Below, in pieces: positions 25,701 to 37,700 of a DNA stretch of 64,000 bases. Positions within the stretch are counted from its first letter, which is position 1. Each line of letters opens with the position of its first letter. Position numbers and translations under genes: made by a program. Source of the stretch: Yuukianura sp. NJ FZ-2021 (lineage: Eukaryota); the NCBI GenBank assembly GCA_046563655.1, contig CM102288.1, forward strand, positions 434,001 through 498,000. Direction: 5' to 3'. The notes under the pieces were generated by a model. That model worked only from the letters and a program-made list of their open reading frames with translations. It did not search any database and was not told where the DNA came from.

Positions 25701-28700
25701 CTTTGATTTTTATGGTCTCCTTGACTTCTCCTTGACTCAATTTCCTGTTTTCCGTCCTTTCAAGCGGAAATGGTCGTTGGTTGACTGCTTTTGGTGAGGT
25801 TGCCAAGGAAACTTGGTTTTCGACTTGATTTGAGGCATCATTGGAGGACTTCACTTTCACTTTGAGATGAAAGTGCCTTTCACTTGGTGAAAGTCAAAGT
25901 AAAAAGCATCCAATTCAATTAGGTAGGACCAATTTCAAAACTGGGCTTTTATACCAGAAAGTGGAACAGAAAGGCTCATTGATGCTAATTCGGAGGGCCT
26001 GAGAGCCCTTAGTTGTTTGGGTTTTGGTTTAAAGAGGCCTTATTCAATTAACGAAGGTTTTATATAAGCGGATTTCGTAGTTTCGAAATTTTAAGTTTGA
26101 TGGAAGTGGAAGTGTGTTGACCATGCTTGAAACATAAAGTTAACCGCAACGGGGCGTGTGTCAGATTAGGTTAAATTGAAATGTCAAGGATTCAAATTCG
26201 TAGAGTTTTAAGCACTCTACTGATGAGTGAAAGTTTTTTTTGAAAATTCGGTTTTTGAAAGACAAGGCGTTGAAAAGTTGTTTCATTTTGGAAATGGATT
26301 GATGAGGACAAAGGTTTTCGTTTTATGAAATCTTTTGGCAAAGACGAATTATGCCACAAAATTTCAAAAAACTCTAGAAATTTCTAAATATCTGGAGCTT
26401 TAGTGGTGAATTGTTACGAACTTCAAATAAAAGTGTGCTGATTTAATTAAAGTCAATGGAAATGCGAGGAAAGTTGGCAAAGAAAGGGAGTTGGTTATTT
26501 ATCTTTTTTTGGGTGACAGAAACTGCTAAACCTCGTAAGCCTTTTGGACTCAAAAAATTAAATTAAAGTGCTCAAAAGACTTCTAAATTTTCTTCGTCTT
26601 GCTTAAATTGCCAATCAATATCAAAGAAAAGGCTTTCTTTAGTGAACTTTTTCATGAAAGTCGTTTTTAGACATGGAAAATCCTACAAAAACGGGGGATT
26701 TAGAATGGTGACATTTTAATCTTGTGTTCTTTGTGACGAGAAACTAAAGTTTGTTTAACGTTATGGTCTTTTTATCGTTTCATTTTTCTTGCTTTTCAAA
26801 AGAAAATATAAAAGTTTCCTCATCTTTCTCGTTTCTAGTGTTTTCTCGAAGGTGTTTTTTATATTTAGGAGTCAAGTTAAGTTGTAAAAAGTTTGGAAGA
26901 AGCTGCCAAGAATAAGTGAATCATTGAAAAAATTCTGAAACCAGGCACAAAACATTAGACGTAATTTAATGAAAAGATATTGCTGTGCTTCAAACTACTT
27001 TTTTACTTCCTTATGTTGGAAAACAAACTTTTAGTATTTTTAAAAAGTTTTTGCAAAAAAGTGACTTTTGGTTTTTTGGCAAAAGAGTTTTAGTTTTGTC
27101 TGCAAAGTGTCCAAATACACTTGGGAGGGTGATGGATTAGGTCAGAAGGGAATTCTGGAGAGTTCTAATGTTAAAAAGAGGAAGAGCGGCAGGCACACAA
27201 GGTCTAAACTCGGTGAGGGAAACTGTCAGTGAAGAACATTTTTTAGAAAAGAAAGAAGAATAGATTATGTATTTGGAATTTTAGTAAACTCTTCAATAGC
27301 GGAGGGAGTTTCTTGCTTACGCTGAAAAATTAGTTTGGACAGACAAACTGCGCCAAAAAGTTGTGGTGAATGATTCTGTTTATGTCTAAAGATGTTTTTT
27401 AAGCGAAATTTTATGACTTTGAGTGAACGGGAGTTTGGATTTTGAAAGTCAGAAACTTTTGGAAGCAGGAAATGTAAAATAATTTTGATTTTTTTTTTAA
27501 ATTGCAGTCGTTTGGACCAATCCTGGATGTGGAGATTATTTTTAACGAGCGAGGTTCCAAGGTACGTTAACTTTTACTTTTTTCATATTTTTTTTTCAAA
27601 AACATAATCTATGAAATCAAGGATCACAAAAATTTGAAATCCAAAAGGATGAAATTCTTCGCTAGCTTTAAGAATTTTGAAAAGAGAGGAAGAAAAGACA
27701 TGAACAGAAAAAAAGTGGAGGTTTGGTGTTAAGAAGTGAGAAAAAATTGAGGATTTTCGACAACGGAATCTTCAAAGTGTATTTTTTTGGAAGTTTGAAA
27801 AGGAGTGAAGAAGTGTGAAATTCAAACTGTGAGAAATGCTAAGTTAGGCTGTGAAATATTGGGAAGTTAGGAACTGTTAAGTGAAAGAATTTATAAGAAG
27901 AGGAGCCTGTTGAGAGAAAGTGACGTTGAGGGATGAGGTCACTTGGAAGAAGAGAGAAAAGTAGAAGTTTGTTGGGATAAAAGATACTCTTCCCATTATC
28001 TTATTCAGGAGTATCTTATATCTTGGGATAAAACTCTAAGGTTTCCCTTGTGCTTGAAAGTGGAAGTATAATTCCCAGTAGTTAACATCCGAGACTCCCT
28101 GTCATTTGATTAAAGCCCTATACAACACTTTCTGTCTTGGCTCCAACCTAAAAAAAACTAAAACTTCTTTTGGAATGAAAGGAGAGGCAGAATTTTCTGC
28201 TTCACAGAAAGCACACTTTCTCCACTTTATTTATTCTTTTTCCCGCTCCTCCTTTCCTTTTCTCCGCTTACATAAATCCGTCTGACCTTCTCTCTCCCTC
28301 CTCCTCCGTTTCCATGTCTTTGCCAAATGTACAGTATGGCTCAACATCAAATACAAACGAAATAGGGTAAATTGAAATGTTAAAGTTAGAAAGCAGGAGA
28401 AATGAGGTTTCACTAAATTTTGGACCATACTGTACAGTTGTTCCATTACTTTTTTAGAAAAGGAATTATAAAAGATGTCTTATTTTTTGGCATGGTCTTG
28501 TGAGTCTACTCTCATCCCCTTGGGTGGCCGTGGTCTTAGTCCTTAAAGTACTACTGTTTTTTTCTGACTTTTTCATTTTTTTTTTTAGTTTTTTTGAAAC
28601 TGTCTCTCTGTAAAGTATGTAATGCTTCCTTGCTTTTCCCATTTGAATTTGAATTAATAACCAGGCAGTACTTTCTTTTTTGAAAAAGTCACTGAGGGAA

Positions 28701-31700
28701 GGCAGAGCGGAACCGCCTGCTGCTGGATCCACTTTAAAACCCTCCAAATGTTAAATTTATTCTTTCAAGATTCCTAATTCAATATTTTACTTTATATTTA
28801 TGAAGTTATATATTTTTTCATTATATTTTAATGATTTTTGTTGTTAAATTAGGAATATTGAAGTGTTTTTAGACGAAGGAGTTGTCATTTTAATAACCGC
28901 ATACACTTAAATGTTGATGAAATATGGGGAATAGGGGAATATGAATTAAGTACGGTACTCATAACTTAGGGATGCGAACAGCCACCCGGGGAAGAGGCAG
29001 CAGGAATTTTGAATTTAAAAAAAATTCGGAGGGAACTTGGTGGAGTGGAGTGGTCGTAAATTGTAGTTTTTTGGCAAAGAGCGGAGAAAGTTATTAGTAG
29101 GATGGAAAGGGAGGAGAGAGAAATAACAGAAACACTAAAAAGTTATCCCTAACTTCCTAACTTTTAGTTTTCATCTAGGTCCAAAACTTTACACAGTTTC
29201 CCTGTTTTTACTCAACTTTGAAATAGTTTAACTCTAGTCATCAGCGGTACTTTTTAGTCTAAACGAAATTTTAAAATGAAATGGGCTGGAACGTATCTTC
29301 GATTTTTATTTATTACTTTTATAGAATCCACAATATTTTAAGTCTGAAACACGATTTGGGCAATTAATTGCTCGGAAGCGTAATTTTATGTGGAATAGCG
29401 TAAAAGTTCTAAATAGATTGCAGAAACAGAGCTCTGACTGTCACTTTCGGCACTTTCTCTGCTTGTGCCACTTTAATTACTGTCTTTGTCTAAACTTTTC
29501 CTAACACGCATTTGTACAAAGAAAAATGCTAAAAACGAATCTTTTGAATTTGGAAATGATTTATGGAATTGCATGAAGTGAAGTGGAGGAGGAGAAAGAT
29601 GAAAGTGGAGGCCCATTGCATCCAACATGTTCATTTTGACATTTTCAAAATGAATTTGACCTCTGACCTCCCTTCTTCTTTTAGTACTTGTCGTCTCGTG
29701 GTTTTCTTTTGAGTAGTAGATGACTTAAACCAATTCCAGCCTTGTTATGGTGTTAATTGTAACTTTGACAGTTGAATAATTTTAGCACAGTTGAAATGAA
29801 AAGTTATGTTGAATTTTGTTTTCTAATGCCCCTTTGACTCTCTTTTTCCTTCTCTTTAGGGATTTGGGTTTGTCACATTCGCGAGTTGTGCTGATGCTGA
29901 ACGAGCACGTGATAAACTTCATGGCACTGTTGTAGAAGGCAGAAAAATCGAGGTGTGCATGCTCTATTCATTCGCGTATTGTACATTTACCATTCTTAAT
30001 TTTATTTTTCAAAAGAAATCTCAAAAAACTGCTTTCTTCAAGTACTTAAATTGAAACCTTGAAAAACTAATGCTACTTGTTTCGTTGGATTTTGTATACT
30101 AAAAAAACGATGACAAAAATTGGAGCAATTTGTTGTTCATCTGAAAATAGCACAAGTGAAAGCGTGTGTCTCAAAAAGCTTATAAAACTCTAACAAAAGG
30201 CTGCTAATTTTAGTAAGTTTTCACTAAATGCTAAAAAAATGACATTGCTATTGCAAATTTATGATGCTGAATGTGAATGCTGCTGCTGCTGAATGTTCTA
30301 ACTCAAACAGAAAAGCCTAACTCTTGGAATTTGGATTTAAGAGAGTGAAAGCTGTCTGTGCTTTCTGCTATTTTGCACCTTCACTGACTTTTGCCTTTGT
30401 TTTTTTTCTTGTTTGTGATCAAACTTTGTCTTTCTCTCAATGGAATTTTGACAGGATTTAGTGGAATAGTTTTGAAAATATTTTTGAACATGTGCAAAAA
30501 TCAAAGATTTTGCCATGTCTTAATCTGTAACATGGTGGTAACCTAAATGTGAAGGATATGATAAATGGAAAAACAGATGTAAATTTTTATTGGCAGAATG
30601 TTGAAGTTTTTTTTTTAGGATTTTGAACACAGAGCGAAAAAAAAACAGAGATTTGAAAATAAGAGTAATCTCATGGGGTTTTTCTAAATTTTGACCTAAA
30701 TTGCCTGTCATGAGCCAAAAGAAAGAAACTTTTCAATTTGTTTCTCTATTTTGGTTTCTCGCAAGATGGATTTTAGACGGGATCTGGTTTTGACAGGTAT
30801 GGAATTTCGAACGTTGAAACGAAAAAAGCTTCTGGTGAAATTAGGATTTCCGTTCTTCTGGATCATAAAACGTATTTTCTAAAATAAGAAAAGAAAAGAC
30901 CGCAGAAAACTTTTAGTATGAGAGATTTAGTTGAGTGTAGACACGATGAAATTTTGAAATTTCGTAATTTTTATGAGTTCAGTTTTTTAGGTTTTGAGCC
31001 GGGAGTGAAAGTAGTTCAGTTTAGGAGAAAATAAGTCTAGCCAATTTACTTTCTTTGCTCTTAGTTTCTTTTTCTCGCATTTTTTTTTCAGAGATTGAAA
31101 AGAAGCGAGGCTTTTTGTTCAATTTTGGAAAGTGGTTTGTCACTTTGTGGGCATGATCCCATTTATGTTTTTAGAAAATGTCAGTTTGGGTAAAAGGAGT
31201 CATACGTAAGGTGGGACAGGTCGGATTAGAGGGTAACTGCAGTGCTGGCAAAATTTGTCAGGGGAAAAATAAGTGTGTTCAGAAGCTTTTAGTGAAGAAC
31301 ACGTAGACGTAACACTCCTGGGACATTTTTAATTTTTGAGGTCCCATTTTTGGTCAATTTTGGAGGATTTGAAGGTGCCTTTAAACATATTTTTAAGTAA
31401 AAACTAACATTTTGCAGTATCGGTTTAGTCTTTCAAAATATGTGCGGGAGGACAAGTTAACTATTTGGGTTTTAGTTTTTGGGAAGTTTTGATTTCCTGT
31501 CGTTCTAGTGCCATATGCCTCCCGCGAATTCTTAATGAGCATCCGGTTCCCATTTTTATAATGCACTCTTTGAAGACAAGCTTCGTTGAGTTCTTGTTAG
31601 TAGTTTTGAAAACTTTGTTTTTAAGGAAAGTTTTTGAGTAAAAAACGTGTTTGTTGTTTAAAAAGTTTTTGGCACGAGAAAGTTGACACTTTTGGTGGAG

Positions 31701-34700
31701 ACGAGAGTGACAAAAGGGAGAGTTTTGAGGAGCCTTTTATTTTGTTGGCGTCTCATTTTCTTTATTTTGTTCCAACCAGCCTCCTTGTGTTTTAAAATTG
31801 GAAGTTGGTGCCAAAGGGATGGCGGATGTCATGTCTCTCGCAAAATTAAGAGTTTTAGGGCTGCGTGATGAACATCGTCAGTGTGGTACCAATCCGCAAC
31901 GGAATTCACGCTCGGAACAACTCGGTTTCTTCTTTTGATGAGTAAGTTATGGAAAACGTTAAAATAAAATTAGGGAGATGATCATTGCATAAACGCATTG
32001 CAGAAGGTTTCACTGTAGGCTGCAATTTGCAAAAACTTTTTGCAACAAGGAATGGAAAGCACATCTAAATTTCAGCTTCACTTGACATGTACAAGGGCTG
32101 TTTTTTAACTTGCAATTCTTTCTGATTTAACATGCACGTTGTTCTTTGTAAAAGGGCGCACTTATTTTCAAAATGGTTTCTAATTTTGCACTGCTCGGGC
32201 ATTATTTACTTGGGCACTGTTTTTGAAAAAATATTTGTAAAAGTCAAAATTGCTATTTTTGAAAACAACTTCTGGAGAAAAGCTGGAAGCATATTTGTTT
32301 AAAATTGCATGGAATCATTTTTTTCCTGACTTCAATCTCGTCAGAAAGTGATGAACGAGAAAGCACTCTTGTCTTCCTATCTTCTCAACTTTAAAAAAAA
32401 CGGGAGAACAAACAAGCTCTTTTTTGTATTAAAAAAGCGAGAAAGTATAACAAGCTCTTTCTTTGACTTCAAAAAATTCAGAGCAAATAGCCGCAAAACT
32501 TTCTTTTTTCTTGTCAAATCAAAACTTTTGCAAAGAGAGTCTTGTTTTTTTCTTCTTTTTTGACTTATGACTTTGTTCTTGTAACTTCTGACTTCAAGCC
32601 CAAGTGGATTCAATCTTTTTTGAGAAAAGAAACAGAGAAAGTTCTTTTTCGAAAAAAGATTGATTGTTCGATATTTTGAAGTTTGTAAGTGTCTAAAAAA
32701 AGTGAATCTATGGGCGACTAAAAGAGTATATGTATATACAATGGAGGCTGAACTTCCTTTCTCTTGTGTCTATTGTGTTCGTGGTGTCTATTGTCTTTTT
32801 TATTGTGTAGAAAAGTCTATTCTTGGTTTTTAGTCTTTTGTTACTAAAAAAAGTTCTTTTGTAGCCTTCTGAATCTGTGGAGAACGGGTTTTAATATGTT
32901 TTCACTGTGACTTGATATTTTCTTTGGTGATTGTGCGAATAATACCAATTCCGTTTGGTTTCCAATGTTGGATCTATTTTTCACTTTTATTGTGTACGTG
33001 GCAATGACAGCTTCTGGTGCTTTTGTGCTTGGGAAATGGCAAAATATTGCCATAAGTTACTAATTGCTTCGCTTTTGATTTTTGCACTTTTTAGAAGCAA
33101 AACGGCATTGCCAAATCTCAGGATTCAGCAACTTCCAAATTTTGAACTTTTTGTGTTGATGCAATTAAAATTGTAAATTAAAGTTTGCATTAGTTATGAA
33201 TTTGGAAATGCTGAGATTTGTCGCAGTGCAGTGGTTTTGTAACATTAGAGTTAAAGTGGAACGAAGCATGCGTTGAAAAGTAGCATTTGTTTTGGAAAGG
33301 TTTCAAAATGTGCTTGGAGAAAGCTACAAATTAAAAACATGAATTTTGAAGGAATGTGGGATTCTGAGACTGTCGTAGAATTTGGTTGGATTTTAAATGG
33401 AATTTTGTTGTGTCCTTCCCAATGTTTTCTAGGTCAACAATGCTACGGCGAGAGTCCAAACCAAGAAACCAGTCAATCCTACGGGCATTACGAGCGGTAA
33501 GCAAAACAGTTCAGTTTTTAAATGCATTTTCACTTAAGAGCTTAAAAACTGCTTGTGACCTTGCGATGCTTCTGTTCCTTGAAACACGGAAATTAATTGT
33601 AACTTGAACTAATGATCTTTGCCTCACCTCTTCCAGAACGCAGACGTTGAAAACCTCCCGATCTACGAACCCATTCTCATTTTTCTAGTTCATTTTTTAA
33701 AGTTTTCTAGTCGCAATTCTAGGTTTCTAGTCTTTAAAGTTTGTTCAATTTTTCTAGTCTTTGTTTAATTTTTCTAAAAGTTTTAGCGCAGACGTCAGTT
33801 TGTTAGTCTTTTTTGGTTTGGGAATAAAACGGCCCTGAAACACAGGGCTTCTCTTTAGTTTTGTGTTTCTTGTTTTTTCTTTAATAAAAGTTTTTCCTCT
33901 CATCAAAGTTGAAAATTGGTTTTCGGGGAAAGTTGCGGTTAATTTTGAAATTTGGAAAGAAAAAAGTAAAGCATTGCCTAGACTCTTCGGTGCGGATGGA
34001 AACTTTCACTTTCTTCCTTTCTGTTTTTGTAAAAAGTTTTAAGTGGAAAGTTTTGAATGATGCGGGCTATGGAATTGGGAAGTAATTATTTGTGGAAATT
34101 AGGACGATCCTGGCGGAAGCCATGTGCTGAGTGCAAGCTGGGAAAAAAGTATGAATTGCATAAAGGAGAAAGCGAAAAAAGAAAACATACAAAAATATTT
34201 CTTTATTCAGAATTTTTTGTGAAGCGAATTTAATTAAAAAGTGAAAGTTTTCTTACTGTGTAATTTTAAATTGAGTTGAGTCAATTTTAAATTAAGGACA
34301 GAGAAACCAAGAGAAAGTTGGTGAAAACTTTATGAAAAAATTTCCATTCCATATTTTAGTTTAAAGTTTTCAAAGTTTTTGTACCCGAGAAAATGAGATT
34401 TTAAATAACAGTTTCTCCTTAGCTCAGAAGAGAGTTGTGCGACCTTTTATTAAATTTATGTTACTCCTCTTGAGACAGTGGGTAACACCGTGGGGATTTG
34501 CACGGTGTGAACAGAGCTTTATGTTCGGTATTACGTTAGTTTTTTTGGATAAAGTTTCTTCTTTTGAAAAGAAAAGTTTGATGGTTAGATTTTTGGTTAA
34601 GGTGTGAGATTACCGGCGCTTCCTTGGTCTTGGATTGGTGGGCCTGTGGCAGCGGCAGCAGCCGTAGCCGCAGCATCACTTCCTACCAGTCCTCTTGTCC

Positions 34701-37700
34701 TAGCGTCCCGGCCTTTACGGCGGAGGTAAGTTCGCTTTTTCAGAAATCGTTTTTCGAAAAAGTAAAAAAGAAGTAGGATTTTTTTGATCCTGTCACATCT
34801 GAAGTCCCCAAGCGCAGTTTTTCCCTTTCATGTTTCTTTAGTTTTTAGGAAGTGAAAGCAGAAGAAGGTTTTTTATGTTCGAAAAATGTGCGATCGAATC
34901 TTTTTTTTTTTGCGTCTAAGGATTTGAACTAAAAGTAAAAGGCAGAGAAAGTTTCTGTTTGCACAGAACAGGGAAAGGATCAGAAGTAGATTGAAACGTG
35001 GATTTTTTGGTTTGGGAGAAATCAGGCAAAGTTTTGTGAAAAAAGTGTTGAAAATTTCGTGTCTTTTTTTGAAAGTTAAAAAAGAGAGGAGGGAAATGTA
35101 GTGAAAAGGCAGGAGATGAGCTCGTGATTTTGTAATCCTAAGAACAGGCTGTGAACTGCCAAATTCATTTCCGTAGATTGAGGTAGAAGGAAGGAAGAAT
35201 GAATGGGATTTGATCAAGGAGAAAGTAATTTGGAATTTTCTGATTTTCTGATTTTTCGGGACAAATTTAGGGTGAAAGTTCAAAAGAATTTGAGGGAAAA
35301 TCAGAAGAAGCAAGACGCAGATGAGGACAAAAAAAGTTCCACCAGTTTTTTGATTTGTTACCAGGAAGTAATTTGATTTATTTGGAATTCTCCTGCGTAT
35401 CCAATTCCGCTGAGGTTGTAACTCTTAACATAGGTAGTTTTCGGTTGCAATTAGTTCAACATGCAATTCAGTCAAAAGCAAACAGAGCTAAATTAGAAAA
35501 CAGTTTAGTCTTGTAGAAACTGAAAGGAATGTAATTTTGTACATTTTTGTTGTTCAGTTGAACTCTTGTTTTTGAGTGGTTTGCTGTTGAACAAAAGTGG
35601 GCAATGGAGGTTTGAGAGCAGATCGTTTGCTGAAAATTACTTTGTCCTCATTTTGCAGCAGACTTTTAGTAACAAATTGGAAGAACCTTGGAGCGAGAGG
35701 AATGTGGAGAGAAAATAGTGAAATTCCTGAGGTAGAAAGCTGGGGCCAGACGATCAATTCCGGCAGGGGGAAGGATAAAGGGAAATTTACTTCCGGAAAT
35801 TCCGAGATTTTTTTTTCCATTGTGAAAAGTATGGTGGTTTCGTGAGGGCGGCGTAGATTGAACGATGTTGGTTACTCCTTCGATTAGGATTTTTTGCCTT
35901 ACTTTTTGAAAAAGTGCGCCAAAGATCTGCTAGATTTAAAATTTAGTGAGAAAGGAGAGAAAGCCTTTCCCCATTTCTCTTTTTTCTTCTCCAGGAAGAA
36001 GACTAATGCCTTTTCCCTTGTGGAAAATGGAGAAAGTGTAATCTGACCTGCCTTCTTTAACCCCTTCTTCCTCCTCAAGATTCATTTGGTCCATTAGCCT
36101 CAGGCTCCCTTCCATATCCTTCAACTTTTTGAATTTTACCGCTTCCGACGTCAAAAAAAGTTAACTGGAGGTTGCGTGAGGCAAACCACTTTCAGTTTGG
36201 GTCGAAACGAACCGCAATTCCTGACGTTTCCTTGTCCAGAATTCTGCTTGTATTGCTACTGATTCCTTTTTAACAAAAAATCGCAACTCCTTTTTGGCAC
36301 TGCTTGAGCAAGAATTGCAATTTTATGCTTGGCACTCTCTGAATTTTGAATTTACACACGGAAAATGACGTTTTGCTAATTTTGGAATTTTTTTTTCTTT
36401 TTTTTTTTCTCGTGTGGTCTTGAAATTGTGATGAATTGAAATGTTCTGCTCAACTGTTTACTTACTACTAACTCTCGCCGTGGGAATCCGTGATGATGTG
36501 AACTTTTGGCTGGAAAACCTAACTGTGGCAAATGGGATGACATTTGACCTTGTCTGTTAATGTGACGGTGTTACGGTGGTGTCTGTTGACACAACCACAA
36601 CCGCCACTAATGGAATGAACTGACATGACTCTCCTTGCGTGTGGTCTTGTTTTTCTTTTTTCTATTTTTGCACGACTAACTACTGTCAAAAAACCGACGG
36701 AACAAAACCGAAAATCGTTGAAATACACAGTTGGAGTGGGTGCAATTCGTGGAGCAGCACTTCAGCTTCAACGATCCCTTGGACATCGTCTCACGGTCCA
36801 ACCTCATCCGTCGGCACTTGTCGGAAACACGACTTCGGCAGCAGCCATCGCCGCCGCGGCTCTAGCTCGTCAAACATCGCTGTCCAACTTGAGCGCTGCC
36901 ACTGCAGCGGCTGGTTTGCATGGACCCCTGTAAGCCAAAACACAACAAAAATGCATTTTTACTACCTTTTTTTACGATTTACTTGTGTCAAAACGTAGGG
37001 AAGTTTTGTACAAAAGAGTATTTTTCCTTGGGCCAGTGCGTTACGTACTACTTGTAACTGCTTCATTTGAAAGCATCGTGTTTATACTGTTTAAGTGAAT
37101 GACGTTTGGTCACGAACATTTATTGGAAAGTATTGATTTGACCTTTGCATCGTGGTGGCAATGTCCACAAGTTTTTAGGAGGGACACGATTTTCAAAAAA
37201 AGAGAGAAAGTGTTGCTCCTAATTATTTTGATACGCTTGAAAAACTTGCACCTTGTTTAGTTAATTGGGGTTCTAAAACATTTTACTGCTTTGGTCACGT
37301 TGTGTTCCTTGTTCTCAACATTTTGAGTTCACCTAAAAACTTTAGGGAAAAACTTTCTTAGGTAATTTGAAATTTGAATTAAGAGCGTCAAATTTTTAGG
37401 CCAAACACAAAATTTTTGAGTTGTAGCACCTTTTAACAATATTTTCGAAAAAAAAGTTTTGGAGTTGGGTTCGTACGCTTCTCATTTTTAAAAGGTGAAA
37501 AGTTTTGAGGTCAATTCAAATTGTAAATTCTGCGTGCGTTCTTCACCTTCTGTTCCCCTACACATTTAGTTTTGACGGGAACATTTGTATTAAGGTGAAG
37601 CGGGAGACGTGACTCTGTCCGTGAGAAACTGTTTAGATTTTTTATGAAAAACCGAAAAACGAGAAATTTTTTTCCTGAGAAAAACGAAACAGGAGAAAGT

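Noticed and set aside
27976..28022. 14-bp imperfect hairpin (gataaaagatactc / gagtatcttatatc) as a pre-miRNA
   Set aside because: The stem is too short and AT-rich, and I recognise no conserved mature miRNA.
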